From Chiloscyllium plagiosum (taxonomy: Eukaryota): a DNA stretch of 64,000 bases. The DNA is taken from NCBI RefSeq assembly GCF_004010195.1, contig NC_057719.1, positions 90,254,515 to 90,318,514 of the forward strand, read 5' to 3'. Below are positions 22,607 through 36,464 of this stretch, piece after piece; position 1 is the stretch's first letter, and every line of letters starts with the position of its first letter. The position numbers and the translations under genes are program-made. Under the pieces are notes generated by a model that was given only the letters and a program-made list of their open reading frames with translations, was not told where the DNA came from and ran no database searches.

Positions 22607-24849
22607 CTGCAAGAACATCAGACACTTCCAACTTTAGTAAAGCCTGCACTTAAAATCACTACCACCCTAAGGCATGTGTCCAAACTCTTGACTTAACAAA
22701 AGCACATGTTGAAGCCTGAGGACAATTTGGCCAAAAAATGCATGTTTGTCAATAAAAAGGAGTGTCAGTCTTTGAATAAATACTCTACTAAATAAACCCA
22801 TTTAACACCTTAACTGTTAATACAATAGTTACTCTGTAAACTCAAACAAGACTTTCTACATCTTATTCCACACCTACTTTAAAGAACAAAATGCACTACT
22901 CAGTCCATCAATTCTAAAATAAATGAGTCCACCTTGGCTGAAACCACCATTCATTCCTCGAATTGAAATGAGGCAACATTCGCATTTTAACACATATTAT
23001 TCTTGAACTATAAATTTAAAAATTTCTTTTTTAAAAAATACTTTCCATTTGTATGTTAAATCAACAAGTTTTCCCCTTGATCTAAGACTCTGCCATCCGA
23101 CCCATTTCATCCCGTACTAAGATGACCCACATAAATTAACCACTCCATTGTCAAGACAGATAGCTTCAAGTAAATAGGCATAAAGGCATTTACTGGAGTA
23201 CTCAAATTTCCTGTTTGCTGCTTCAAGTTCCTATCATTACTTCATTATATTATAATCAATACAAAAAGAGGAAGCATGGCTAAGAGAGAACAATTTGATT
23301 TCAGAAAAAAATAAGATCAATATGTCAGCTGAATTGTGTTTACAGGAAGAGACAGACACTATCTCTCTTTCATCAACTGTAGGGAGTTCAACCACAGCTA
23401 TTTCTATCCAGAGGTCACTGCTCCACTCTCCCTCTTTAACCTCTACTTCCATGTAAACAAGGAATACCCTATCAGAAACAATGATGGAAGCAGAGGGTTG
23501 ATTGTTTCTAAAATGGAACTGCATACGTATATTTTATGTCCGCATCTTTTTAAGCACAGCCAGTATCTAGGAATGAAAGTCACTGCTGCATGAGCCAGTT
23601 AGCTTTAATAATACAAAGAAATACTTTGGTTACACTGCGTTCTTCACCACTGCCACACATGGAATACCAACCATGCCTCATTCAAAAAGAGATAGCAGAG
23701 AAGACAAGATACTGCACGTAATTTAAAAGGTACACCACAAAGAGAAATGCAGAGATAAGGAAGATGCTTCATGAGTACCATATAAACTACATTCAAGAAT
23801 AAGATAGGTCGGAAGTAATTTAGTCGTCTTCTTCATTTGTCAATTTCACTTGCAAATTACGTCCATGCAAAAAGTAGGACAGGAAGCTGTAGGACTGAAT
23901 AAGGATAATTTGCAGCATCACTGGATGGCTTGAGCTGTCCGATCCAGCAGAATTTCTTAATGAAAGAATTTAATTCCTCCTTCACCTTGCAGTGTTGAAA
24001 ACAAAGTACTACTTAAATCAAAGAAGAACCATGTACTCACATGGATCTTGGATCATGAAGTGTAGGAAAAGCTTGCTTAACTTAGAACCACAGAAGTCCA
24101 TTCAGTTTTACATGTAGTAAATTAGGAAGTGTGAAACAGTTACAGGAGTGTTATGAGATTTATAAGATTATTATATTTTAGAACGGTCATTAATTTAGGA
24201 TCAATGAAGATTCAATATGACGTGTTCTGAAGTCTGTCTGACAACAGGCTTGGACAATGAGGCTGTTACCAGATTAACTACTTGCCCTGATTATTTAGCT
24301 GAAAAGGTGTAAGGACATTCATACTTGGAGATATGGCAGTAGCATGTGTTCTTAACAGTGATTCAAACTGTAATTCTCCAAAATGCCTGGAAGTTGTTCA
24401 GAAAGTTGTGTTTTAAAATGTCAATTTACTTCTATGGTGAAAAAAAAGCATAGTCTCAAGGTAATCAGCATTTCTACCCGGGTAGAAGGCAATTGTGAAT
24501 CCTGCTGCCATGAAAATAACTTGTAATACATAAAGAGTTTCTAAAAAATCCTGGAACTCTCAGATGTCGGCAGTCATCGAGAATCTGGGGGAGAGTTGGA
24601 ACTAGAGACCAGAAGTCTCTGTGATTTATCATGGACGAATACAGGTAGGAGCTCACGATCAATTTGAGAAGACCCAACTGATGAGGGTCTGAAACAAGAC
24701 TGGAAGCATTACCGAGTCAGCACCAGATTCTTACTGTGAAAGTACTGGAGTTAAAATTTGTCAATGAAGGAACAGAAATGAAGTGAACCCTCAGAAGCTA
24801 AGGGTTGGATTTCAGAAAAACCAAATAACTACTTACTTGATTCAAGGTT

Positions 24850-25133
24850 GACACAGTGGTTTAGTGGTTAGCACTGCTGCCTCAGAGTGCTGGAGCTGAG
24901 GGTTGAATTCCACCCTTAGGTGACTGTGCAAATTCCACACAGACATTCTCCCTGTGCATGCGTGGGTTTCCTCGCACAGTCCAAAGGTATGCAGGTTGGG
25001 TGGATTAGCTACGGGAAATGTAATGTTTACAGGGATATGGTAGGGGGTAGGCCTGGGTCAGATGCTCTTCAGAGGGTCAGTGTGAATTCGATGGCCTGCT
25101 CCCACACTAAAGATACTAGGATTTTATGATTCT
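24850..25133 (+). mobile_element. HE1-type SINE, diverged
   Basis: gtggttagcactgctgcctca head; same body as the other copies. Confidence 0.8.
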
Positions 25134-25712
25134 ACCCCTAAAGGTTCTTAAAAGAAGGTGCAGTTTAAAGTATGAATTAGATACAAAAGCAATATTTAGT
25201 TAATACTACTTTGGTCTTTTTGTTACAGTAAAGACTTAAAATGTCAGGTTTTATCTTGCATTGTCTTTAGCTTTCAACTGGAATCATCAGCTTCCATCGA
25301 CGTAGTAATAAATTGGGGGCTCTTGCAGAATGTTGAACTTACAGATCGAGACAAGTACATCGGCCTTGGACAGAGTTTAAAGAAAAAATGATTTCACAAT
25401 GAAATTTATTCATTTATTCAAAAATAAATAATGGCAATTTCTATTGTTGAGGCATGTCTTCATGTGCCTTACAGCTGTTAAAAGGTTATGTTTAATGTAG
25501 TGACAGAGAAGTTGGAAATAGTTTCAAAAGTATTTACTAATCAGTCAGAAATAGTTGAAACATTCACTCAAAACTTGAAGCTGGAGGAAGAAAAAGGTAA
25601 TTCAGAAAACAGATTGGATTAGTTAGGATTTGGGCATATTGAAGCTTCTTGAACTCGATAAGTGATGATAAACAAAAGGAGATGCGAACATTTGAATCAG
25701 AAATCCAAACTG

Positions 25713-27174
25713 TAATTTTGTGTATTTACAGGAAAGGATAAGGCAGGACCTCCAGCGATGGGGAGACCTACCAATTTCCTGGTTGGGTAGAATAGCACTA
25801 ATCAAAATGAATGTCCTGCCCCGTCTTCTATATCCTATGAGAATGCTTCCGGTGATGCTGCCGAGGCTGGCTCTACGTAAATTATATGGCTGGCTGGGTT
25901 CCTTTATCTGGAATCATAGACGGCCCCTCATTAAGCTGAAGAAGCTACAGCTTCCACAGGCAAGGGGTGGATTGGACTTCCCAGACTTTAGGAAATATCA
26001 GTTAAGTTCCCTATTAAGTTACATAGCTGATTGGGTCTTGTCTGATCCACAATCAATCTGGTTGGAAATCGAGGCTTCTCAAGTTAGGAGACCTCTTTCG
26101 ATTCTTCCAAATTCGAGATTTTATACAGAAGAAGACTACGTTATTAGATAGTTTTTATAAATCCGATAGAGAATGTAGTGTCCTACGACCAGTGGGGGTA
26201 TCTTCCGTCAGTACTATTTATCATTTACTACATGATGAAGTATCGGGATATATGGATAATCTGCTTAAAACATGGGATCAGGATTTGGGACTAGAAATCT
26301 CTACAGAAACATGGAATGATACTTGGGAAAAAGCTAGAAGAATTACTATCTGTAACAGAACCCAGGCTATCCAGCCGAAGATACTTCATAGGGCCCATAT
26401 AGCACCGGTTCGATTGGCAAAATTTAAGGCAGGAGCATCTCCAATGTGTCCCAAATGTAAAATAGAGGTGGGCACTCTTGTACATTGCCTATGGACCTGT
26501 CATAAGATCCGTAGATATTGGACTAAAGTCGCAAGTACCCTGACAGAAATTTTGGAACGGAAATTAAAGTGGACCTTGTATCTCTCCTTTTGGGCTTTTC
26601 GAACTTTCCCTCCCTGGACATGTACGGAAAGAGATTATTTTCTATTCTCTCTTTCTGTGCAAGGAAAAATATTTTGGTGAACTGGGTGGCTGAGGGCCCC
26701 CCTGGACTTTCAAATTGGCACCGATTAATTATGGAATGTATTCCCCTTGACTTCCTTACAAATATGGTGCACCGAAAGACCGAATTATTTTATAAAATAT
26801 GGCAGCCCTTCTTGAATTACATAAATACAGATATTTCGGCTATCCTAACAAGGGCTTTTATTTAATTGAGATTACAAACCTGGCTGGTCCGGGGCCCCTT
26901 TGGAGAGGAATCCCGCACGAATACGGGTTTTATTACATTTGATGTTAACACATTCCGAGCATGTAAGAGACTTAAATATACACTCTGGTTAGTTGTAAGT
27001 TAGATTAGTAGACAGTTGAGTTTTGGGTTTTTCTCGGTATTTTTTCTTTTGTTAAATTTTGGTTATTGTACATTTGATTTAATTGTACATCAATGTTTGT
27101 ATTTGAGAGTTTTGTTTATTTTTGTAAACTTGTAAAAATGTTAAATTTCTAATAAAAATATCTTTAAAAAAAAA
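25713..27174 (+). mobile_element. 5'-truncated L1-clade LINE (ORF2 C-terminus, 3'UTR, poly(A))
   Basis: LPISWLGRIALIKMNVLPRLLY, GGLDFPD and the CCHC knuckle CPKC..GTLVHCLWTC. AATAAA at 27151 plus an A tail. Exact 14-bp TSD agaaatccaaactg at 25699-25712 and 27175-27188. Confidence 0.93.
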
Positions 27175-27869
27175 AGAAATCCAAACTGAAGGAAAATAAT
27201 AAGAATTACTGAGAGCAAGAGAAAATAAAAGCATTGAAAACTGCAAAGACAGACAGAAGCCAGGAAGTACGAACTGGATACAAAAAGCTTCAATTAGAGA
27301 CTAACAGATAGTCTTATCAAGAGAACAGATTTAAGTCATCATTTGATTTGTAAGAGAATATCCACCTAGTGCCCACATTCAGTGAGGAAAGAGTCAAAAT
27401 ATGTTTTGTCTTATTTGAAAAAAAAAGCCAAACAGTTATGATGCCCAAAAGAAATTTCGACAATTTTGTGTTTTGTAGGAACTCACTGGAGGATTACTCA
27501 ATCGTTTCGGGGATGCAGCCTGTGGATTATCATATAGTAAAGACTGCAGTGATTAATGTGTCTGAGTTAGTTCCTGAAACTTATTGGCAAAGTTCAGACA
27601 TCTGAGGAAGAAGTAGAATTTGCTTGAAAGAAAATTTACAAACCCAGAGAAACTGTGAACTTCTTTTAATGCATAAGGTATTAGTTACCACAAATGGGAT
27701 GGCAGCACAAAAAAAGACAGATAGTCCTCAAGTGTAGCAAAATGTCAGCGTGGGACATAAATGTGATTCAAGAGGATCAGTACGTCCCTAATGCCATTAT
27801 TCTGGCTGTTAAAACTTGAAAACTAAGGCTGGAGCATTTGTCAGTGTATTTCTCCCAGTGAGTGAATCA

Positions 27870-29740
27870 AAGAACAAAGGCAGTACTGCACAGGAACAGA
27901 CCCTCTGGCCCAAGACAGTGTCAGTACCTGATGCTTTTCTCAACTAAAAACTTCTTGCCTCTGTGCTGTCCATATCCCTCTATTCCCTGCCTATCATATT
28001 CCTGTCAAGATTCCTCTTAAACACTGCGATTGTATTCACCTCCATCACCTTCGCTGCCAATACATTCCTACACTTACCACCCTCTAAGAAAAAAAACCTG
28101 CGCTTCACATCTCCTTTAAACTTATTAAACTTTTACCTTAAACTATGTTCCCTAATCAGCGACATTTCTACCCTATGAAAAAAGACTGCGTCTATCAGTT
28201 CTATCCATGCCTCTCAATTTTGTAAACTTTTATCAAATCACCCCTCAACATTCAAGTGAAAACAAACCAAGCTTGTCCATTCTCTTCTCATAACTCCCAA
28301 ACCATCCTGGTAAACAGCTTCTGTATCCTCTCTAAAGCTTCCACATCTTTCATGTTGTTTAGTGACCAGAACTGTACACAATATTCCAAATGTGAACAAA
28401 GTAATATTATTTTAATGAAGTTACAGTGGGAAGGAAATGTCAGGGAACTGTGAAAGAGAAAAAGGTCTAAATATTTTTATCCAGATTCTCACAAATTCTG
28501 TTTTCGAACACTGTTCTGCAATTTGTCTCACAACGCTTAAATTAAGTTACATCAATTAAGAATGGTTTGGCTCAAACTGCAGGCTAGTCATGAAGGTTAC
28601 GTTGCATGGGAACTGGGAGAGCTAGCTAACTGGATTCAAAATTGGCTTGATGGTAGGAAGCAAAGGGTGACAGTTGAAGGTTGCTTCTTGAACTGGAGGC
28701 CTATGCTTTTTATATTCAGATATTATTTAAATAACTTCACCCTTGTTGAGACTATTTATAAACACAATTCAATTTGAATTAAGTTGATAGGCTTATTTTT
28801 GAATGTGACAGGACAAGTTGAGAAGGCAGTCTAAAAAAAAACACATCGGAAGCTTGGCTTTATAAACAGAGCATAGAGTACAAAAGCAGGAAGCTGGGTC
28901 TTATAAATCAATGATTAGTCCCAGAGTATTGTGACCTATTCTGGACAACAAGCTTTCGGAAGGGTGTGGAGGAGATGTATTCAGAAGTACTCGGAATGAA
29001 AAGCATGCAGCGAGATTACAGAAGTTGGAATTGGTCTCTTTGCAGTAGAAATAGAGTCATAGAGTTCTACAGCATGGAGACAGGACCTTGGGCCCAAACC
29101 GGTTCATACCGACCAAAATGCTCAACAAAGCTAACCCCATTTCCCTGCACTTGTCCCATATACAACCTTTCCTATCCATATATTTGCCCAAATGCCTTTT
29201 AAATGTTATTAATATACTCGCCTCAATCACTTCCTCTGGCAGTTCATTCCATGTGCATGCCACCCTCTGTGTAAAAACATTGCCCCTCAGGTTCCCTTTT
29301 GTTCTTTCCCCTCTCGTCCTCTATTCCCCAGCCCTGGGAAACAGACTGAGTACATTCACCCAAGCCATGCCACTAATGATCTTATACACCTCCATAAAGG
29401 TTCCCCCCCCCCTTCAGTCTCCTATGCTGGAAAGAAAAATGTCCACGCTTGCCCAACCTCTCCCGATAATTTAGACGGTTCAGTCCTGCCAATGTCCGTG
29501 TACATTTCCTCTGCACGCTCTCCAGTTTAATAACATCCTTTCTACAACAGGGTGGCCAAAATGGAACACAATACTCCAAGCAAGGCCTCACTAATGTCCT
29601 GTATAACTGTCATATAACTTCCCAATTTCTATGCTCCATGCCCTGATTGATGAAGGCCAACCTTTTTCAGTGTCCTATCTACCTGTGATTCCACTTTCAG
29701 AGAACTGTAAACCTGAACTCCAAGATGCCCTCTGCTCCAT
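27870..29740. mobile_element. Cluster of CR1 fragments (minus 27870-28400 and 29055-29740; plus ~28600-28700 and 28810-29040)
   Basis: RPCLEYCVPFWPP, NWIQNWLDGRKQRV and WNELPEEV motifs. Confidence 0.8.
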
Positions 29741-30764
29741 TAAGTGTGTGTGTCGGGTATGAGCAGGTAGGAAAAGACTTAAGTTGAGTTTTGTGAAACA
29801 AGAGGTTCAGCTGAGCATATCTCAGATCAGGTAAGAACTTGCAGCTAACAATGGGGTGCTGGAGGCAAGGGTAATGGGTTAACAAGGTGGAAAAGCAGTC
29901 ATTATGTACAGCCATTTAACAATATACATCTCAACCATCTCCCCTCTCAGTTTTCCATCTGCCTACTCTGCTAGCCTTCGCATACTGAGTTGACTTGTTA
30001 CAAGGATCTCAACAATGATACTTTCCCAATCATCACTGGAGAAGGCTCCCGAATGAGTAATTCCAGCTGGGGAGTGCACAAGTGTCACTTCTGGGTTGAG
30101 GACAGTACTGGATACGATGCACACCACGGGCAAAATGCCTGAATGTCACCCAGTGCAAAAGAAAATGCTCCTTGGCTGGGACAGGAGGTGGCAGCCACCA
30201 CCCAGGGAATATTACCGCAGATTTACTGGTATCGGAGTACACTTAAGCCGTTCAGCTCCTCAAGCCTACTTTGCCATTCAGTAAGACATGAGTTGATCGG
30301 TTTCCAAATTGCCACCTACTTCAGAGAGTCCCTGATCCCTCTTCACAGAATCTATCCACATCTGTCTTCAAAACATTCAAATGTCCCAGCCTTCTAAGGC
30401 ACACTGTCCCAAAACACACTGCCCTCTGAAGAAAAATCATCTCTTTCTGGAGTACTGCATCCAGCCCAGGTCGTCCTGCAGAGGAAGGACACAGAGGAGC
30501 AAGAACAGAATTTACAGTCTTATTCCATTGCGTGGCTCAACCCCATGTCTTTACTTTAAATATTTTCAGATATTGCATCAAATGAACTCAGGCCAATCAC
30601 TGCAAGGATTGATTTAGAGACCTTAACTCTGAATAAAAATGAAGTACATAAACAAACCAGCTCCTTTACATACAACTGATCTCATAGCATGAAAAGATTC
30701 AGTGGTCAGAGGATTGGAAAACCATGTGGGAGTATTCAATATATAATAGATTATAGATCTAAGA

Positions 30765-32670
30765 CCAGAAGTCATAGGAACAGAAGTAGGATATTAGGCC
30801 CATTGAGTCTGCTCCACCATTCAATCAGATCATGGCTGATTTGATAATCCTCAACTCCACTTAACGTAGAACAGTCCAGGACAGGAAAGGCCCTTTGGCC
30901 CTTGTTGCTGCGCCAACCTGTGAAACTAATCTGAAGCCCATCTAACCCACACTATTCTATTTTTATCTGTATGTTTATCCAATGTCCTAAAACTTGCCGT
31001 GTCTACAACTGTTGTAGGCAGTGCATTCCACAATCGTACTACTCTCGGAGTAAAGAAACTACCTGACATCTGTCCTATATTTACCACCCCTCAATTTCAA
31101 TCTATGTCCCCTCGTGCTAGCCAGCACTATCTGAGGAAAAAGGCTCTCACTGTCCATCTATCTAACCCTCTGATTATCTTATATGTCTCAACTAAATCAC
31201 TGCTCAACCTTCTCCACTCTAACAAAAACAGCCTCAGGTCTCTCAGCCTCCCATAAGGCCTTCCATTCATACCAGGCAACATCCTAGCAAATCTCCTCTG
31301 AACCCTTTCCAATGCTTCCACATCCTTCCTACAATGCAGTGATCAGAACTGTAAGCAATACTTCAAATGCGGCTGCACCAGTTTTTTTTACATCTGCAGC
31401 ATGACCTCACGGCTCTGAAACTCAATCCCTCTACCAATGAAAGCTAACACACCGTATGCCTTCTTAACAACCCTATCAACCTGGGTGGCAACTTTCAGGG
31501 ATCTGTATATATGGACACAGAGATCTCTCTGCTCATCTACACTACCAAGAATTTTACCATTAACCCAACTCTATTCCTGTTGCTCCTTTCAAAGTTAATC
31601 ACCTCACATTTTTCCGCATTGAACTCCAATTGCCACCTCACAGCCCAGCTCTGAAGCTTATCTATGCCCCTCTATAACCCGCAACATTAGATTAGATTAC
31701 AGTGTGGAAACAGGCCCTTCGGCCCAACAAGTCCACACCGACCCGCCGAAGCGAAACCCACCCATACCCCTACATTTACCCCTTACCTAACACTACAGGC
31801 AATTTAGTATGGCCAATTCACCTGACCCTGCACATCTTTGGATGATGGGAGGAAACCGGAGCACCCAGAGGAAACCCACGCAGACATGGGGAGAACGTGC
31901 AAACTCCACACAGTCAGTCGCCTGAGGCGGGAATTGAACCCGGGTCTCTGGCGCTGTGAGGCAGCAGTGCTAACCACTGTGCCACCGTGCCGCCCACATC
32001 TTTCAGCACTATCCACAACTCCAACTTTCATGTCATCCGCAAATTTACTAATCCATCCTTTTACACCCTCATTCATGTCATTTATAAAAATGACAAACAG
32101 CAGTAGCTCCAAAACAGATCCTTGCGGTAAACTATTAGCTACTGAACTCCAGAATGAACATTCCCATCGACCACCACACTCTGTCTTCTTTCGGCTATCC
32201 ACACTTCATCCCATGCCTCCATATTTTGTGCAATAGCTGGCTGTGGGGAACCTTATAAAACGCCTGACTGAAATCCACATGCACCACATCAACCACTTTA
32301 CTTTCATCCACATGGCTGGTCACCTTCTCAAAGAACTCAATAAAGTTCTCACAATAAATCTCCCTCTAATCACCTTAAACTTATCCTCCCTCCCGCTCTC
32401 AGAAAATATCTCTGACTATTCACTCTATCTCTGCCTCTCATGGTCTTGTACATCTCCATCAAGTCAGCTCTCATCCTTCTTCGCTCCAATGAGAAAAGCC
32501 CTAGCTCCCTCAACCTTTTTTTCATAAGACATACCCTCCAGTCCAGGCAGCATTCTGGTAAATCTCCTCTGCACCCTCTCTAATGCTTCCACATCCTTTT
32601 CATAATGAAGCGATCAGAACACAATATGTCAAGTGTGGTCTAAGCATGCTTTTATAGAGCTACAGCATAA
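30765..32670 (-). mobile_element. CR1/HER1-type LINE fragments with a nested SINE
   Basis: ALERVQRRFARMLP and PQGSVLELLLFVIFIND..KFADDMK in the ORF track. Confidence 0.88.
31687..31995 (-). mobile_element. Young full-length HE1-type SINE
   Basis: A box TGGCACAGTGG, B box GGTTCAATTCC, CR1-like 3' end gggccgaagggcctgt and a (TAATC)n tail. Confidence 0.92.
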
Positions 32671-33169
32671 TTTAGTATTTTTTGTAATTTTTATTTATTA
32701 ATGACTTGGATGAGGGAGTCGAAGGGTGGGTCAGTAAATTTGCAGATGATACGAAGATCGGTGGAGTTGTGGATAGTGAGGAGGGCTGTTGTCGGCTGCA
32801 AAGAGACTTAGATATGATGCAGAGCTGGGCTGAGGAGTGTGATCTTCAGTAACCCTCCCAACTTCTGATCTTGTGATGGCGAAAGACATTGATGAAACAG
32901 CTGAAGGTGTTTGTGCTAAGGAACTAACCTAAGGATCTCCTGAAGAAATGTCCGGGGACTGAGAAGACTGTCGACCATTGATCTCAAGCATCTTTCTTTG
33001 TACTCTGAAAGACCCCAACGAGTCGGGAGGTTACACCTAATTCCCATTCAGCTCAAATATATAGGTTGTCCCGATGACACCCTCAGTCAAATATTGCCTT
33101 TATATCGTGGCCATTCACTCTTCCCTGAGCCCCTATGTTCAACTCTTGTTCATATCAATAGGTGACGGT

Positions 33170-33430
33170 GCATTTCTTCTCACAGAGGATAATAGCTTTA
33201 AATTAAGGTTGTGTAGGTATAGGACAGATGTTAGGGGTAGGTTCTTTACTCAGCGAGTCGTGAGTTCATGGAATGCGCTGCCTGTGGGAGTGGTAGAGTC
33301 AGAATCATTGGCGACCTTTAAGCGGCAATTGGATAGGTACATGGATGGGTGCTTAAGCTAGGACAAATGTTCGGCACAACATCGTGGGCCGAAGGGCCTG
33401 TTCTGTGCTGTATTGTTCTATGTTCTATGT
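33170..33430 (+). mobile_element. Young CR1 3' end with (TATGTTC)n tail
   Basis: YRTDVRGRFFTQRVVSSWNALP; closely similar to the reverse complement of 55110-55200. Confidence 0.85.
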
Positions 33431-33689
33431 AATCTCACGACTCTTAAATTGAAACTCCCTGCTAATGAAAGCCAACACACCATATGTCTTCCTAACAACC
33501 CTGTCAATTTAGGTGGCAACTCTGAGAGATCTATGGACATAATACCCTCTGTTCCTCCACACTGCCAAGAATCCTGCCTTTGCAACCTTCCAAAATGAAT
33601 CACTTCACACTTTTCCAGGTTGAACTCCATCCGCCACTTACCAGATCAGTTCTGCATCCCATCAATGCCCCGTTGCATCCCATTGTTCT

Positions 33690-33931
33690 TTCAACAAACA
33701 CATTGACTTGGATCCCATTTACCACCCCCTGAGAAAAAGAACAGGGAATGACATCATAGGAAATGATGTCACAACAGGAAATGACATCACTGACCCAAGG
33801 AAAACCAAACATAAATAGAAAGTGGGCTACGCCACCAGGGTTTCATCTGGAGGTTCACTGAAGATGTTACCTAGTATGACGACAAAATGTCTGAAAACGA
33901 TCCTTCCAGCTCAGCAAGCAAACCTACATCC
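33690..33931 (+). mobile_element. Penelope-like 3' terminal fragment, family B-related
   Basis: Encodes NKHIDLDPIYHPLR as in 12806..13138. Degenerate hammerhead cactgaagatgttacc...gacaaaatgtctg. Confidence 0.78.
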
Positions 33932-34092
33932 AGTCCCGTTGAAACCTACAACAGCCCTCCACAATATCCACAACTCCACCAACCTTCATGTCATTGGCAA
34001 ACTTACTAAGCCACCTTTCCACTTCCTCATCCAAATCATTGATAAAAATCATGAAGAGCAGAGGTGCCAGAACAGTTCCTGCAGAACACCAG

Positions 34093-34416
34093 GGGCGGCA
34101 TGGTGGCACAATGGTTAGCACAGCTGCCTCACAGCGCCAGAGACCCGGGTTCAATTCCCATCTCAGGTGTGGAGTTTGCACATTCTCCCAGTGTCTGCGT
34201 GGGTTTCCTGCAGGTGCTCCGGTTTCCTCCCACAATCCAAAGATGTGCAGGTTAGGTGAATTGGCCATGCTAAATTGCCCATTGTGTTAGGGGCAGGGGT
34301 AAATGTAGAGGAACGGGTCTGGGTGGGTTGCTCTTCGGCGGGTCGGTGTGGACTCATTGGGCCGAAGGGCCTGTTTCCACACTGTAAGTAATCTAATCTA
34401 ATCTAACCTAACCTAA
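34093..34416 (+). mobile_element. Young full-length HE1-type SINE
   Basis: A and B boxes and a (TAATC)n/(TAACC)n tail. Confidence 0.92.
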
Positions 34417-35136
34417 CCAGTGGTCACCGAGCTCCAGGCTGAATACTTTCCATCTACCACCCTCCGTCTTCTATGGGCCAGCCAAATCTGAATCCAGACA
34501 GCCAAATTTCCCTGTATCCCATGCCTCTTTACTTTCTGAAAGAACCTACTATGGGAAACTTATCAAACGCCATGATAAAATCCATGTCAATCACATCCAC
34601 TGCTCTACCTTCATCAATGCGTTTTGTCACATTGTCAAATAATTCAAAAAGGCCTGTGAGGCATGACCTGCCCCTCACAAAGCCATGCTGACTATCTCTC
34701 AAATTATGGCTTTTCAAATAATCATAAATCCTGTCTCTCAGAATTCTCTCCAATAGTTTGCCCACGACTGACGTAAGACTCACTGGTCTGTAATTCAGAG
34801 TAATCCCTATTCCCTTTCTTGAACAAGGGAATAACATTTGCCATCCTCCAATCATCTGGTACTACTCTAGTGGACAGTGAAAAAGCAAAGATCATCGCCA
34901 AAGGTGCGCAATGTTCCCATAATAACCTTGGGTATATCCTGTCTGACCTAGGGGACTTATCTATGTTCAAGTTTTTCAAACTTTCAGCACATTATCCTGA
35001 ACATCAACCAGTTTGAACAGATCAGCCTGTTTCATGCTGTCCTCACAAACAACAAGTTCCCTCTCACGAGTTATTCACTAGTGAGAGGGATTCTGGATTA
35101 GTGGTGCTCGAAGAGCACAGCATCTGAGGAGCAGTA

Positions 35137-35172
35137 AAATCGATGTTTCAGGCAAAAGCCCTTCATCAGGAA
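35137..35172 (-). ncRNA. Hammerhead motif in a Penelope family A terminal fragment (~35085-35172)
   Basis: Minus strand reads UUC-CUGAUGA-A-GGGC-UUUU-GCCU-GAAAC-AUC-GAU. Confidence 0.55.
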
Positions 35173-36464
35173 GGGCTCAATTAAACACTTACATCTCCAT
35201 GACTATAGTAAAGGTCAGGGAGTTGTGATCACTCTCACCGAAATGCCCTCCCACTAAGAGATCTGATACCTGGCATTTTGCGTTGCCAAGCATCAAATCC
35301 AGTATGGCCTTCCTTCTAGTTGGGCTATCTACATATTGAGTCAGGAATCCTTCCTCAAAAAGCTAACAAAGTCTACTCCATCCACACTATTTGCGCTAAG
35401 GAGGTTCCAATCAATATTAGGGAAATTGAAGTCACCCATGATAACAACCCTGTTAATTCAGCACATTTTCAAAATCTGCCTCTCAATCTGCTCCTCTGTT
35501 GCTATGGGGGGGGTCTATAGAAAACTTCCAATAAAATGACTGCTCCTTTCCTGTTTCTAACTTCCACCCATAATGTCTCAGTAGGCAAACCTTCCTCAAT
35601 AACTTCCCTTTCTGCAGCTGTTACACTACCTCTGATTAGCAATGCCACTCCCCCACCTCTTTTACCTTCCTCCCTATTCCTTTTGAAACATCTAAACCCC
35701 AGCAACCAACAATCATTCCTGCCCCTGTGATAGCCAAGTTTTGGTAATGGCCACAACATTGCAGCTCCAAGTACTGACCCATACTTTACGTTCATCACCC
35801 TTATTCCTGACACTTTTGTTGAAATAGACACACTTCAACCCATCACACTGACTGCAATTTTGCCTCTCAATGTCTATGCCCTATGCTGCAGTTGTCTGTT
35901 CACCAGCTACCCCATCCTCTGATCCATAGCTCTGGCTCCCATTCCCCTGCCAAGCTAGCTTAAACCTCACAAAGAACTCTAGCAAACCTCCCACCCAGGA
36001 TATTGGTACTCCTCCTTGCACAGGTCCAACCTTCCCCATATATATCTTTCATATATCTGAAACCAGCTCTACAGACTCCAGAGAATCCCTACACAGTGTG
36101 GAAACAGAACATTTGGCCCAACAAGTCCACACTGATCCTCCGAAGAGTATCACACCCAGACCCATCCCCTTACCTTTTTCCATGTAACCCTGTATTTCCC
36201 ACAGGCGTCTGGTTAGGTATAAATGAATAGAAAGGATTTAGAGGGAAATGTGCCAAATGTTGCTAAGTGGGATGAGATCAGATTGGGATGCCCGATTAGC
36301 ATAGACTTATTCCCGTGCTGTATGACTCTTTGACTCAACATGGAGTTCAATAACTCGGAACACAAACTCTATCTCCATTTTGATTATCTTTCTTTTGTCA
36401 TGTGCCAAGTTGACTGGTGTGTAATGTTTTAATTTTTGGACTGAGCTGTTCATTAATCTAACAT

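Larger units (their letters stand above)
24149..27830 (+). mobile_element. Decayed LTR retrotransposon (LTR, tRNA-Pro-type PBS, gag relic) hosting a SINE and an L1
   Basis: Starts TGTTAT at 24149. TGGGGGCTCttgcagaat at 25314-25331 matches the tRNA-Pro PBS TGGGGGCTCGTCCGGGAT at 14/18. Gag-like VPTFSEERVKICFVLFEK and VKTAVINVSELVPETYWQ at 27369-27605. Confidence 0.55.
33430..35990 (-). mobile_element. CR1-type LINE (endonuclease to RT) with nested Penelope ends and a SINE
   Basis: VFYRPP, KSPRSD, NYRPVSLTSVVGKLLE, QHGFVRGRSCLT and KFANDMK motifs. Confidence 0.88.

Noticed and set aside
29930..30510. GC-richer stretch with several short ORFs
   Set aside because: No recognisable protein motif or splice structure. 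Probably an old repeat, but I cannot assign it.
31925..31995. tRNA gene
   Set aside because: The A and B boxes are the head of a multi-copy SINE that continues into SINE body and tail.
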